Source of the DNA: the human T2T-CHM13v2.0 reference genome, Homo sapiens
Direction of reading: 5' to 3'
DNA length: 64,000 nucleotides
Assembly: GCA_009914755.4 (NCBI GenBank)
Contig: CP068257.2
Span: 26,944,001-27,008,000 of the forward strand
Shown: in pieces, positions 40,135-51,500 of the stretch
Position numbering within the stretch: the stretch's first letter is position 1
Layout: the number at the start of each line of letters is the position of its first letter
Notes under the pieces: generated by a model
What the model was told of the DNA's origin: nothing
Databases searched by the model: none
What the model saw: the letters and a program-made list of their open reading frames with translations, nothing else
Position numbers and translations under genes: made by a program

Positions 40135-40640
40135 CTCTTTTCTTCTTTAGTAGTCTGGCTAGTGGTCTATCTAGTTGGTTAATCTTTTCAAAAAACCAGC
40201 TCCTGGAATCATTGATTTTTTTGAAGCATTTTTTGTGTGTCTATCTTAGTTATTTCTTGTCTTCTGCTAGCTTTTGAATTTGTTTTCTCTTGCTTCTCTA
40301 GTTCTTTTCATTGTGATGTTAGGGTGTCGATTTTAGATCTTTCCCTCTTTCTCCTGTGGGCATTTAGTGCTATAAATTTCCCTCTAAACACTGTGTTAGC
40401 TGTGTCCCAGAGATTCTGGTACATTATGTCTTTGTTCTCATTGGTTTCAAAAAACTTATTTATTTCTGCCTTAATTTCATTATTTACCCAGTAGTCATCC
40501 AGGAGCAGGTTGTTCAGTTTCCGTGTAGTTGTGTGGTTTTCAGTGAGTTTCTTAATCCTGAGTTCTAATTTAAATCTGGGTGTTCCTATATTGGGTGTAT
40601 ATATATTTAGGACAGTTATCTCGTCTTGTTGCTGTTTCAC

Positions 40641-41080
40641 GCGTCCGTGTGAAGAGACCACCAAACAGGCTTTGTGTGAGCAACATGGCTGTTTATTTCA
40701 CCTGGGTGCAGGCGGGCTGAGTCCAAAAAAGGAGTCAGCAAAGGGTGGTGGGATTATCATTGGTTCTTATAGGTGTTGGGATAGGCGGTGGAATTAAGAG
40801 CAATGTTTTGGGGGCAGGGGGTGGATCTCACAAAGTACATTCTCAAGGGTGGGGAGAATTACAAAGAACCTTCTTAAGGGTGGGAGAGATTACAAAGTAT
40901 ATTGATCAGTTAGGTTGGGGCAGAAATAAATCACAATGGTGGAATGTCATCAGTTAAGGCTGTTTTCACTTTTTTTGTGGATCTTCAGTTGCTTCAGGCC
41001 ATCTGGATGTATATGTGCAGGTCACTGGGGATATGATGGCTTAGCTTGGGCTCAGGGGCCTGACAGCTGCATTGATCCCT
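40641..41080 (+). mobile_element. Non-L1 insertion of about 440 bp inside the inverted L1 segment, with LTR-like ends (tgtg...gaca); probably an ERV solo LTR or LTR fragment (family uncertain, ERV9/LTR12-like 3' part)
   Basis: acgcgtccgtgtgaagagaccaccaaacaggctttgtgtgagcaacatggctgtttatttcacctgggtgcaggcgggctgagtccaaaaaaggagtcagcaaaggg...ggtggaatgtcatcagttaaggctgttttcactttttttgtggatcttcagttgcttcaggccatctggatgtatatgtgcaggtcactggggatatgatggcttagcttgggctcaggggcctgaca. It interrupts the L1 sequence between ...cttgttg and attgatccctttaccattatgtaa. It is the only CpG-containing patch in this area. Confidence 0.4.
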
Positions 41081-41269
41081 TTACCATTATGTAACGCCCT
41101 TCTTCGTCTTTTTTTATCTTTGTTGGTTTAAAGTCTGTTTTATCAGAAACTAGGATTGCAAGCCCTGCTTTTTTTTGCTTTCCATTTGCTTGGTAAATAT
41201 TCCTCCATCCCTTCATTTTGAGCCTATGTATGTCTTTGCACGTGAGATGGGTCAGCCCAAAATCTCCTT

Positions 41270-43156
41270 AAACTAATAAGCAGCTTCAGCAAAGTCTCAG
41301 GATACAAAATCAATGTGCAAAAATTACAAGCATTCCTATACACCAATTACAGACAAACAGAGAACCAAATCATAAATGAACTTCCATTCACAATTGCTAC
41401 AAAAAGAATAAAATACCTAGGAATACAACTTACAACAGATGTGAAGAAACTCTTCAAGGAGAACTACAAACCACTGCTCAACGAAATAAGAGAGAACACA
41501 AACAAATGGAAAAACATTCCATGCTCATGGATAGGAAGAATCAATATCATGAAAATGGCCATACTACCCAAAGTAATTTATACATTCAATGCTATCCCCA
41601 TCAAGTTACCATTGACTTTCTTCACAGAATTAGAAGAAACTACTTTATATTTCATATGGAACCAAAAAAGAGCCCATATAGCCAAGACAATCCTAAGCAA
41701 AAAGAACGAAGCTGGAGGCATCACACTACCTGACTTCAAACTATACTACAAGTCTACAGTAACCAAAACAGCATGGTACTAGTACCAAAACAGATATATA
41801 TAGAAAATGGAACAGAACAGAGGCCTCAGAAATAATACCACACATCAACAACCATCTGATCTTTGACAAACCTGACAAAAACAAGCAATGGGAAAAGGAT
41901 TCCCTATTTAATAAATGGTGCTGGGAAAACTGGCTAGCCATATGATGCAGAATACTGAAACTGGGCCCCTTCTTTACACCTTATACAAAAATTAACTCAA
42001 GATGGATTAAAGACTTAAACGTAAGACCTAAAACCCTAAAAACTCTAGAAGAAAACCTAGGCAATACCATTCAGGACATAGGCATGGGCAAAGACTTCAA
42101 GACTAAAACATAAAAAGCAACGGCAACAAAAGTCAAAATTGACAAATGGGATCGAATGAAACTAAAGAGCTTCTACACAGCAAAAGAAACTATCATCAGA
42201 GTGAAGAGGCAACCTACAGGATGAGAGAACATTTGTGCAATCTATCCATCTGACAAAAGGCCTTGTAGATCCTTCAGAATCTACAAGGAACTTAAACAAA
42301 TTTACAAGAAAAAAACAACCCCATCAAAAGTGGGCGAGGACATGAACAGACACTTCTCAAAAGAAGAAATTTATGTTGCCAAAAAACATATGAAAAAAAC
42401 TCATCATCACTGGTCATTAGGGAAATGCAAATCAAAACCACAATGAGATGTCATCTCATGACAGTTAGAATAGCGATCATTAAAAAGTGAGGAAACAACA
42501 GATGCTGGAGAGGATGTGGAGAAATGGGAATGCTTTTACACTGTTGGTGGGAGTACAAATTAGTTCAACCATTGTGGAAGACAGTGTGACAATTCCTCAA
42601 GGATCTAAAACCAGAAATATCATTTCACCCAGCAATCCCATTACTGGGTGTATACCCAAAGGATTGCAAACCATTCTACTACAAAGACACATGCACACAT
42701 ATGTTTATTACAGCACTGTTCACAATAGCAAAGACTTGGAACCAACCCAAATGCCCATCAGTGATGGACTGGATAAAGAAAATATAGCACATATACACCA
42801 TGGAATATTATGTAGCCATAAAAAAGGATGAGTTCATGTCCTTTGAGGGACATGGATGAAGCTGGAAACCATCATTCTCAGCAAACTCACACAGGAACAG
42901 AAAACCAAACACCGCATGTTCTCACTCATGAGTGGGAGTTGAACAGTGAGAACACATGGACACAGGGAGGGGAACATCACACACTGGGGCCTGTAGGAGG
43001 GCTAAGGGGCTAGGAGAGGGATAGCATTATGAGAAATACCTAATGTATATGACGGGTTGATGGTGCAGCAAACCACCATGGCACGTGTATACCTATGTAA
43101 CAAACCTGCACGTTCTGCACATGTATCCCAGAACTTAAAGTATTAAAAAAAAACTC
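41270..43156 (+). mobile_element. Direct 3' segment of the same L1 insertion (L1 positions about 4.15 kb to the poly-A: ORF2 C-terminal half plus 3'UTR)
   Basis: ORF 41315..41782 [152 protein letters not shown] 42487..42831 and the 3'UTR ...gggatagcattatgagaaatacctaatgtatatgacgggttgatggtgcagcaaaccaccatggcacgtgtatacctatgtaacaaacctgcacgttctgcacatgtatcccagaacttaaagtattaaaaaaaaa. Confidence 0.9.
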
Positions 43157-44602
43157 AAATGCCAATTTGCGGTGTCAAGCAAATGCCAGCAGTTTCAGAC
43201 TCATGAGTAAGGAAAAACTAGAAGGCTGTAAAACTGAGAAAGAAGTTATTGTCTTATCAGCAAAACAATTTTAATGTGTGTTCTGTTAGCTGTATAAACT
43301 GGAATGTATGAGCCATTTTTCAAAAAGAAAGAAACAACAACAAAGTTCATTTCTAGTCTTTGTAATACCAGAAGCACAGAGAAAAAATTACATTCAGATT
43401 TTGTCCAGAATTTTAGAGAAAGTTTATGCTCACATCCACTATGGGAATTTTGAACGCTAAAGCAAAGTAGCCTCTCCTCTCCATTGAGAAGTCCCATCAT
43501 CCTATCCATAAAATTGGTAATTAGACACAGTTCTAAGTCAATCACTTCTCTCCGTAATACATACGAAGTGACATTCTTCTATTCCTATCTAAAACAAAGG
43601 TTAAGAGAATGAGGATAAAAACAGAGTTGTGGGTTCTGTTTGCTGCTGTCATCGAAGGGGAATATTCACCTAGTCAGAAGAGGGTGGCAGCAGTGGAATT
43701 TAGGGCATGATGACACCCACAGTCATGTGTCTGGTCCCATCACTGTCCTAAGACAATAGTCTGTTTTGTATCAGGCTCAAGTCAAGTGACTATGATTATT
43801 TGGGATCTAGAGACTCTAGAGAAGGACCCTGGAAAGATCTGAGAAGAATATCAAGTTCCTGGCTTAATGGGCTGGAATATGGAACCAGGCACAGAGAGGA
43901 CTAGGAACACTAATCAGGAACCCAAGGCAGAAAGCCAGATCACCAGCTGAACAAACAAGGTAGCCTGTCTACACCTGAGGCACTCACACTTACTCATGAT
44001 TCTGAGCAACTACACCAAGCACCAAAGAGGTCAGCTGCAGACCTAGGCCTAGGCGAGGCTTCTCCTGTATTAAGCAGAATGAGCTAATAGATGTCAAGGC
44101 TCAGCCAAACTAGGGATGAAAGGCAGAGTGTAAGACTTTTGTCTGGTAGGTGAATAGCTATATTTGCATTTATGCTACTTTGGTTTACTATTAGAACAGG
44201 CCTCGGCCTTTTTACAAATCCTCAGCCTTTTACAAATTGCTAAGTCATGCACCCAACTTACTGAAATCAACTGAGGAAAAGTCACATTATCACTGAGCTC
44301 TGCCCATAGGTCAGTAGAAAATGATAAAAGGAGAGATTAGATGCAAAAACAAACAGGTACATTTTTGCAGAGCTGTCTTGTTTCAAGAATAAAGTTATTT
44401 TAGGAGAAGGATTATTCAAAAATTTTCTATAAAGAAAAAAGCTAGCTATTGCAAAAGATACTTATGGAACTTATATTAAAATAAGCCCAGTAATCAAAAC
44501 ATACTTTTAGAAGATTCTTGAAAATATTACAACAGGTAGGAAGCCTAACACAATCCAGTCTAATCCTTTCATTTTGCTTATGAGAAAACTAAAGTTCAAA
44601 GA

Positions 44603-44912
44603 GATTATTTTTGGTGGCTCATGCCTGGAATCCCAGCACTTCGGGAGGCCAAGGGGGTGGATCACTTGACATCAGGAGTTCGAGACCAGCCTGACCAACA
44701 TGGTGAAACCCCGTCTGTACTAAAAGTACAAAAACATGGTGGTGCATGCCTGTAATCTCAGCTACTCCAGAGGCTGAGGCACAAGAATCACTTGAATCCA
44801 GGAGGTGGAGGTTGCAGTAAGCTGGGACCCGGGGCCATGCCACTGCACTCCAGCCTAGGCCACAGAGCAAGACTCCCTCTAAAAAAACATAAAAATTAAA
44901 AAATTAAAAAAA
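44603..44912 (+). mobile_element. Alu SINE (slightly 5'-truncated) with an A-rich tail
   Basis: tggtggctcatgcctggaatcccagcacttcgggaggccaagggggtggatcacttgacatcaggagttcgagaccagcctgaccaacatggtgaaaccccgtctgtactaaaagtac... tail aaaaaaacataaaaattaaaaaattaaaaaaa. Confidence 0.9.
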
Positions 44913-45727
44913 CAGAGACTATTTCTATTACCTTATTTGGCAAGGTAGGTAGATTAAGGTAGATAGGGAATGATACCAGATGGAAATATGGATCTACACG
45001 AGAAAATGAAGATCACCAGAAATGTAACAACAAGGATGAATATATTTATTGAAAATATCCTGTAAAAGAAAGGATTTAAAAAATCATTCTAAGATAAACA
45101 AAAGCTGAAAGAATTTGTCAGCATCAATCTGCACTAGAAGAAATGCTAAAGGCTATTCTCCAAGCTGTAGGAAAAAAATGATATCAAATAGAAACTGAAA
45201 TATACCAGGATTGAAACCCACAGGAAACAGTAAATAACAAATACATTTTTATTGTTGTTCTTATAATTTCCTTAAAAGACAACTGACTATTTAAAGAAAA
45301 AAAAAAGCATTAAATGGTGGACTTTTTATGTTATATGTAAAAGATGGCACAAAGGATGGGTGGAGTAGAAAATAGAATTAAACTATTATGCGGTTATTGC
45401 AATGAGAAGTGTATTAAGTGTAGTTATAGTAAGTGTAAGTGTTAACTAGGAACTATGAAGTGTGAAGTAGTAAACTTTGATAAGTTTTAGGGCTAGAACA
45501 ACTACTAAATATTAATAAAAAGAAGTTTAACTAAGAAGTCAATAGAGCAAATAAAATAAATCCTAAAACAAATTAGTTAATTCATTGTTAAGAAAATGAT
45601 ATGGCAAGCACAGATTGGGAGCAAATATTTGAAATACATATATTCAAAAAGAGCCTATATTACAATACATAAAGAACTCTTACAAGTCAATAATAATAAG
45701 ACAAACAATGCAATAAAGAAAAGACAC

Positions 45728-45860
45728 GCCAGACACAGTGGCTCATACCTGTAATCCCAATGCTTTGGGAGGCCAGGGTGAGAGGATCGCTTAAGACCAG
45801 GTGTTTCACACAGCCTAAGCAACACATCCAGGCCCCATCTCTACATAAACAATAAAATGA
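45728..45860 (+). mobile_element. Alu left-monomer-like fragment (FLAM/partial Alu)
   Basis: gccagacacagtggctcatacctgtaatcccaatgctttgggaggccagggtgagaggatcgcttaagaccaggtgtttcacacagcctaagcaacacatccaggccccatctctacataaacaataaaatgaaat. Confidence 0.6.
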
Positions 45861-45889
45861 AATAAGTTAAAAATTTTTTTAAAAGGGCA

Positions 45890-46570
45890 AAAAGCTTGAA
45901 CAAGCGAAAAAAGAAATACAAGTAGCCAACAAGTACATGAAAAGATGCTCAAGGTCACTAATAATCAGAGAAATGCAAATTAAAATTGTAATGAGACACT
46001 ACTTCAAACCCACTCATATACTTATATGACCCAACAATTCTGCTCCTAAGTATTTAATTAAAAAAATAAAAATTTGTATTCACAGAAACATTTTTACATG
46101 AATGTCTACAGCAGTTTTATTCATAAGAGCTAAAAACTACAAGCAATCCAAATGTACATTAACAGCTGAATGAATATGCCAATTGTGGCATATTCACTCA
46201 ATAAAATACTGGTCAGCAATAAAAAGGAACAAATACTGAAATGTGCAACAACATGAATCAATTTCAGTGACATTACATTGAACAAAAGAAGCCAACCACA
46301 AAAGAACATACGTAGTATGATTCCGTATATATGAGATTCTAGAACAGGTAACATTAATCTATAAGGATAGAGATCAGAGCAGTGCACTGCAAAGAGGCAT
46401 GAGAGAAATTTCTGGGGTTATGGAAATGTTACCTGTTTTGATCAGGACGGTGGTTACACAAGGGCATACATTTGTCAAAACTTACTGAACACTGAAAATG
46501 GGTGCATTTTCTATCACATAAATTATGCTTTGATGAATCTGATTTAAAATAAAATTAAAATGTGCTCTGA
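45890..46570 (+). mobile_element. Ancient L1 (L1M-type) 3' end fragment
   Basis: aagatgctcaaggtcactaataatcagagaaatgcaaattaaaattgtaatgagacactacttcaaacccactc parallels L1 (atgctcatcatcactggccatcagagaaatgcaaatcaaaaccacaatgagataccatctcacaccag). An A/T-rich L1M-like 3' region follows. The minus-strand ORFs here are spurious. Confidence 0.6.
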
Positions 46571-46794
46571 GCAAAATATTGACAGTAACAGTTCTTGTCC
46601 ATGCTCCAACAATAACCATCTGTTTCATTTTAGCCTCCCCACGTTTCAATATCCTGATGAGTAAGATGAAGTAGTTGAAATGAATTATTTGTAAGCGCTC
46701 TTCCATTTGAACTGCTTCCAATGCTAAAATTAACATAAGTCAGGTACCATCCATAAACTTTCTATACCTAGTGTTATTCATGTACCTTATATGT

Positions 46795-47335
46795 ATAAAG
46801 ATTTGTGTATACAGTGAGGCAGGAGAATAGGATCTGGAGGCAGGGAACCTAAGGCCAATTCACACTGACTTCCTAGAACTAAATCAAAAGGAAAACCCCA
46901 AGTTACCACACCTAAGTAACAAAAGGACCAGAGGCTACTTTCTTTGCAACCTCCCTGCTCTTTTTCTGCCTGGCAGATGGAAAATTGAAAGTACCACTGA
47001 TTGGTTGCTTTCCACAACCAATCAGACATTTGCATAGGGTGTAGCCTTTGTAACATCACTTAAGTCTCTGACTGGTTGCTGGCCACTACTTCATTTGCAT
47101 GGGGACTACACCAAGTGTCCAATGGGAAACCTCTAGAGGGTATTTAAACCCCAGAAAATTCTGTAACAGGGCTCTTGAGCCCCTATGCTCTGCCCACTCC
47201 AACCCTCAGGAGTGTACTTTCATTTTCAATAAATCTCTGCTTTTGTTGCTTCATTCTTTCCTTGCTTTGTGCATTTTGTCTAGTTCCTTACTCAAAAGCC
47301 AAGAACCTGGGTACCCTCCACTAGTAACAATAGCA
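46795..47335 (+). mobile_element. Probable solo ERV LTR (class I-like; family not identified) with internally duplicated CCAAT-box motifs, a TATA-like box and a poly-A signal
   Basis: Starts tgtgtatacagtgagg. Two copies of ccactgattggttgc..ccaatcagacatttgcat / ctgactggttgctggccactacttcatttgcat. Then gggtatttaaacccc (TATA-like) and ttcaataaatctctgcttttgttgc (poly-A signal plus GT-rich), which is typical U3-R-U5 organisation. Confidence 0.4.
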
Positions 47336-47624
47336 TATGTATCTACACAGATATACACATATGTATGTATACAATACATACATTTATATATAGTATAAGC
47401 TTCCTTTTTATTTGACATGCTAACTTAATAGTATTGATATTTTAAAATATCAAAAATATGGTGTTTTTATTTTATAAAGACTGGATATGGTTTTAATTGA
47501 TCTTTGCAACCACTATGAGTTAAGAATTGCTTGTTTTGACTGCATTATTATAAATAAGGCCAACTTTAGTTTCTGTGATATTCTTTGGAGTTCAGATTAG
47601 ATCACAGGTTCTGCAAAGGTTTTC

Positions 47625-47917
<293 letters not shown>

Positions 47918-49352
47918 TGCAAAAGTTTTCTTGAACAGTCCTACTGTTTAGAACAAGTGAGCGTCACGTGCTGCCATTGGCTTTTTCAGAATCACAAGAA
48001 GCTTTTAGCACCCTGCATCCATGTGCTCTGGCATTAACTGTGTTCACACACATCCCTGGTCATAATTTATTGAGCTTGCAGTATTAAAGCATCAGAATGA
48101 AATAAATCCCAAAATATTAGTTAAAGTGGGGATTCTTGAACTTACCTGTTCATAAGAATCACCTGCTCGCACCCCCAACAGACCAAGTGAGTGAAAATTC
48201 CTGGGAAGGCTTGGGATCTACATTTTTTAAGTACAGCCCTTCCTCATCCCTCCCCATACACAAGGACTTTTAAGATCACGCAAGTCTGGGAAACACAGGC
48301 ATAATGTGAGAAACCATAGAATTTACCCCAGAGTCTTGGCAGGTCTCTTCTCAAAGACATTTGATGCATTTAGTGTGCTTGGATTTGGATTACCTCTTTC
48401 TCTAAAGTCTCACTGGTAATTAGAAAGGAGGAGGTGGGTGGCAAATTATAACCAGACAGCCAGATTCTGAAGCCAAGGGAGACAGTGCTGTGGTGTTGTC
48501 TCCAGTTATAAATAAGTGGGCCTAGGTTTAGCGTGGTCACGCAATCACCTCGACATCGAGCAGATATTCCAACCCAGATCCTACACATCAAAATACATCA
48601 TGGCATTTTTCATCCAAAATAGCCAGAATGTGCACTTCCAAAGCAAAGGCCCTAATATAAACAAATGCTCATGTAGACATTGGGTATGTATCTGACAGCC
48701 AAATATTGGAGCTATGCAGAGCAGCTAGAAGAGTGGACCGCAGGCAGCATGGCAAGTCCAGAAGACAGCTCACTTAAAACATCATTTTTAAAATGTACAT
48801 TCTTAAAGCCTTAAAGACAAGACTCAAATCTGATCCAGGAATAACTGTAGCTGCCATCTCTAATTTAAAAAGCAGGTGATAATCTCATTTTCCAGCCCTC
48901 CTGTCATGTGAAGGTTGTTTATCTTTCCATAGAGACATAACCTACCAGTATCCAGGTTTCCGCAGGGGCCTGGAAGGCATATACAGTGGCTGCATAAACC
49001 AGATCAGGGGATCGAAGGACAAGCTTAGTCCACTGGTCCAGAGGGAATCAGTACAGCTTAGTCTTCTCAAAACCCCCTTTGCTCAGTTTCTTTTTTTTTT
49101 TTTGATATATTATTTTATTTAACTTTCAAAAAGATTTTATTAAAGTAACAGGATTTGAGAGTCATAACTTCACACAATTTGTGAGTATGAGTATTACAAT
49201 TTGTAATCAAGTATATCTGACTCCAAATCCTATGTATTTTCCACTACATCTTAATGCCACAATGTTAATAAAAGGATAAAGCTTTAACATATCTTAAGGC
49301 CGATTTGCTGTAAAGTTATAAAGCTTAATTAATCATTAACTTTCTTTTTTTT

Positions 49353-50114
49353 CACTGGCCATCAGAGAAACACAAATCAAAACCACAATGCGATACCATC
49401 TCACACCAGTTAGAATGGCGATCATTAAAAAATCAGGAAACAACAGGTGCTGGAGAGGATGTGGAGAAATAGGAACACTTTTACACTGTTGGTGGGACTG
49501 TAAACTAGTTCAACCATTGCGGAAGTCAGTGTGGCATTTCCTCAGGGATCTAGAACTAGAAATACCATTTGACCCAGCCATCCCGTTACTGGGTATATAC
49601 CCAAAGGATTATAAATCATGCTGCTATAAAGACACATGCACACATATGTTTATAGCAGCACTATTCACAATAGCAAAGACTTGGAACCAACCCAAATGTC
49701 CAACAACGATAGACTGGATTAAGAAAATGTGGCACATATACACCATGGAATACTATGCAGCCATAAAAAATGATGAGTTCATGTCCTTTGTAGGGACATG
49801 GATGAAACTGGAAACCATCATTCTCAGCAAACTATCGCAAGGACAAAAAACCAAACACCACATGTTCTCACTCATAGGTGGGAATTGAACAATGAGAACA
49901 CATGGACACAGGAAGGGGAACATCACATTCTGGGGACTGTCGTGGGGTGGGGGGAGGGGGGAGGGATAGCATTAGGGGATACACCTAATGCTAAATGACG
50001 AGTTAATGGGTGCAGCACACCAACACGGCACATGTATACATATGTAACAAACCTGCACGTTGTGCACATGTACCCTAAAACTTAAAGTATAATAATAATA
50101 AAATTTTAAAAAAA
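49353..50114 (+). mobile_element. Young L1 (L1PA-like, close to L1HS) 3' fragment of about 760 bp, 5'-truncated: ORF2 C-terminus plus 3'UTR plus short poly-A
   Basis: ORF 49388..49888 [166 protein letters not shown] is about 95% identical to the L1HS ORF2 C-terminus. The 3'UTR reads ...gggagggatagcattaggggatacacctaatgctaaatgacgagttaatgggtgcagcacaccaacacggcacatgtatacatatgtaacaaacctgcacgttgtgcacatgtaccctaaaacttaaagtataataataataaaattttaaaaaaa. Confidence 0.95.
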
Positions 50115-50574
50115 GAAAGTTAATGATTAATTAAGCTCAGTTTTTTATGTAGGTTTAACAGTGACTAAGGAAACAGGAAGTCACTAGAGAGTAATGAATC
50201 TCCCCAAACAAAGTATGTGTGCCTCTCTCACCAACTTCAATGGGGTTGGGGTGCAGAGGAAAATTTAGATATTCCAAAACTGACATAGGGAAATTTTGAT
50301 CCAAAGCTCTCCCTCTTCCTGGTTTATAAATGGACAGTTTCAGAGGGACCAGCTGGTCCAGTCCCAGGAAAACTTCAAAAACATCATACTAGGAAAGGAG
50401 ACAATATCCAAAAGATTATCTGTGGAATCAGGTGAGATTGCTTTTTATTGTAAAAATTCTGGAAATTCTTTAGCAAATGTGCTAGTAACATTCTTAAAAT
50501 ATCTAAACCTGTAAAAGTTTTTCTACTTCCGTAATGTTGCTTGGTCAACCAGGATTCTCTACTTCAATAATTTC

Positions 50575-51500
50575 CAATCCTAGCTGAATGGCAGGTCTTT
50601 TTAAAAATACATATTCTAAACCCCACCCTAATTCAGTGGTCTTGGATGAGATCTGGAAATATGTGTAGTAGAAACCCTGACAAAATTATAACTAGCATAC
50701 AATTTGCCCAACCCAAAAGTTTCATAAAGCAAGAAATCAGAAAAAAAATGGCATATGTACATCTTTAAGGTTAATCCTTTATATGAAACTAAAACATAAA
50801 CATATGCATTTGACAGACTTTTTATGTCAAGTACAGGCTTTTTCTCATATAAGTCTACTGATTAAACAGTAAAGCCATTTTCTTGTGTATTTCACACACA
50901 AAGACAAGATATATAATCTCCAGTTTTAGTTTCTTTGGAGTGAAGACTTCAAGACTTTGTTAAAAAAAAAAAAACAGGAGCCTAACCTCTTAGATTTAAA
51001 AAAATTTTTTTTATCACTTACAGTTGCCCTGTCCACATACAACAACAAATAAATGGTATCACTCTCTTCACACTCAGATTTTATCAATTTATATTATTTA
51101 CATTGCACCATCAGCAGGCTTATGAACAAACACAACAGTATCCAGTAAACACAATCAAGTGGAGTGTGCAGAAATGCTTTGGAATACTAGAGAATTAGCT
51201 ACAAACCAGGACTAGTCAGCTTGCTGTGGTAACTAGTCAATATCTTACTGAAGTAAAGGCGAAAGTTTGTTAAAACAATGAGTGAGTTGAATAAGACTCA
51301 TGAATTATCTCTGTACAATATATTTCTGAAGAGCTCTACACATAAGCAATTATGATGGTTATCTAAGTTTGTGAAATATTACCCTATATCAGAGTTTCTC
51401 AAACTTAAATGTGCATACAAATTCCCTGAGAGTCTTATTAAAATGCAGATTGTAGAAATCAGTGTGTCTTGGGTGGAACCCCAAAATCTAACAGTCTCCT
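50575..51500 (+). repeat. Possible ancient MER-type (DNA transposon-like) remnants
   Basis: Motifs aaaccccaccctaattcagtggtcttggatgagatctggaaatatgtgtagtagaaaccc (50610-50680) and cagagtttctcaaacttaaatgtgcatacaaattccctgagagtcttattaaaatgcagattgtagaaatcag...tgggtggaacccc (51395-51480) resemble the widespread ..tttgagaaccactg..ctgggaacttgttagaaatgcagattctcaggccccaccccagacctactgaatcag.. repeat pattern. Weak. Confidence 0.2.

Noticed and set aside
43148-43163. aaaactcaaatgcc as a generic A-rich stretch after the L1 poly-A rather than a TSD
   Set aside because: I kept it as a TSD. It matches 14 of 16 positions with aaaactctaatgccag at the exact opposite boundary of the composite L1 structure, which is hard to get by chance at both true boundaries.
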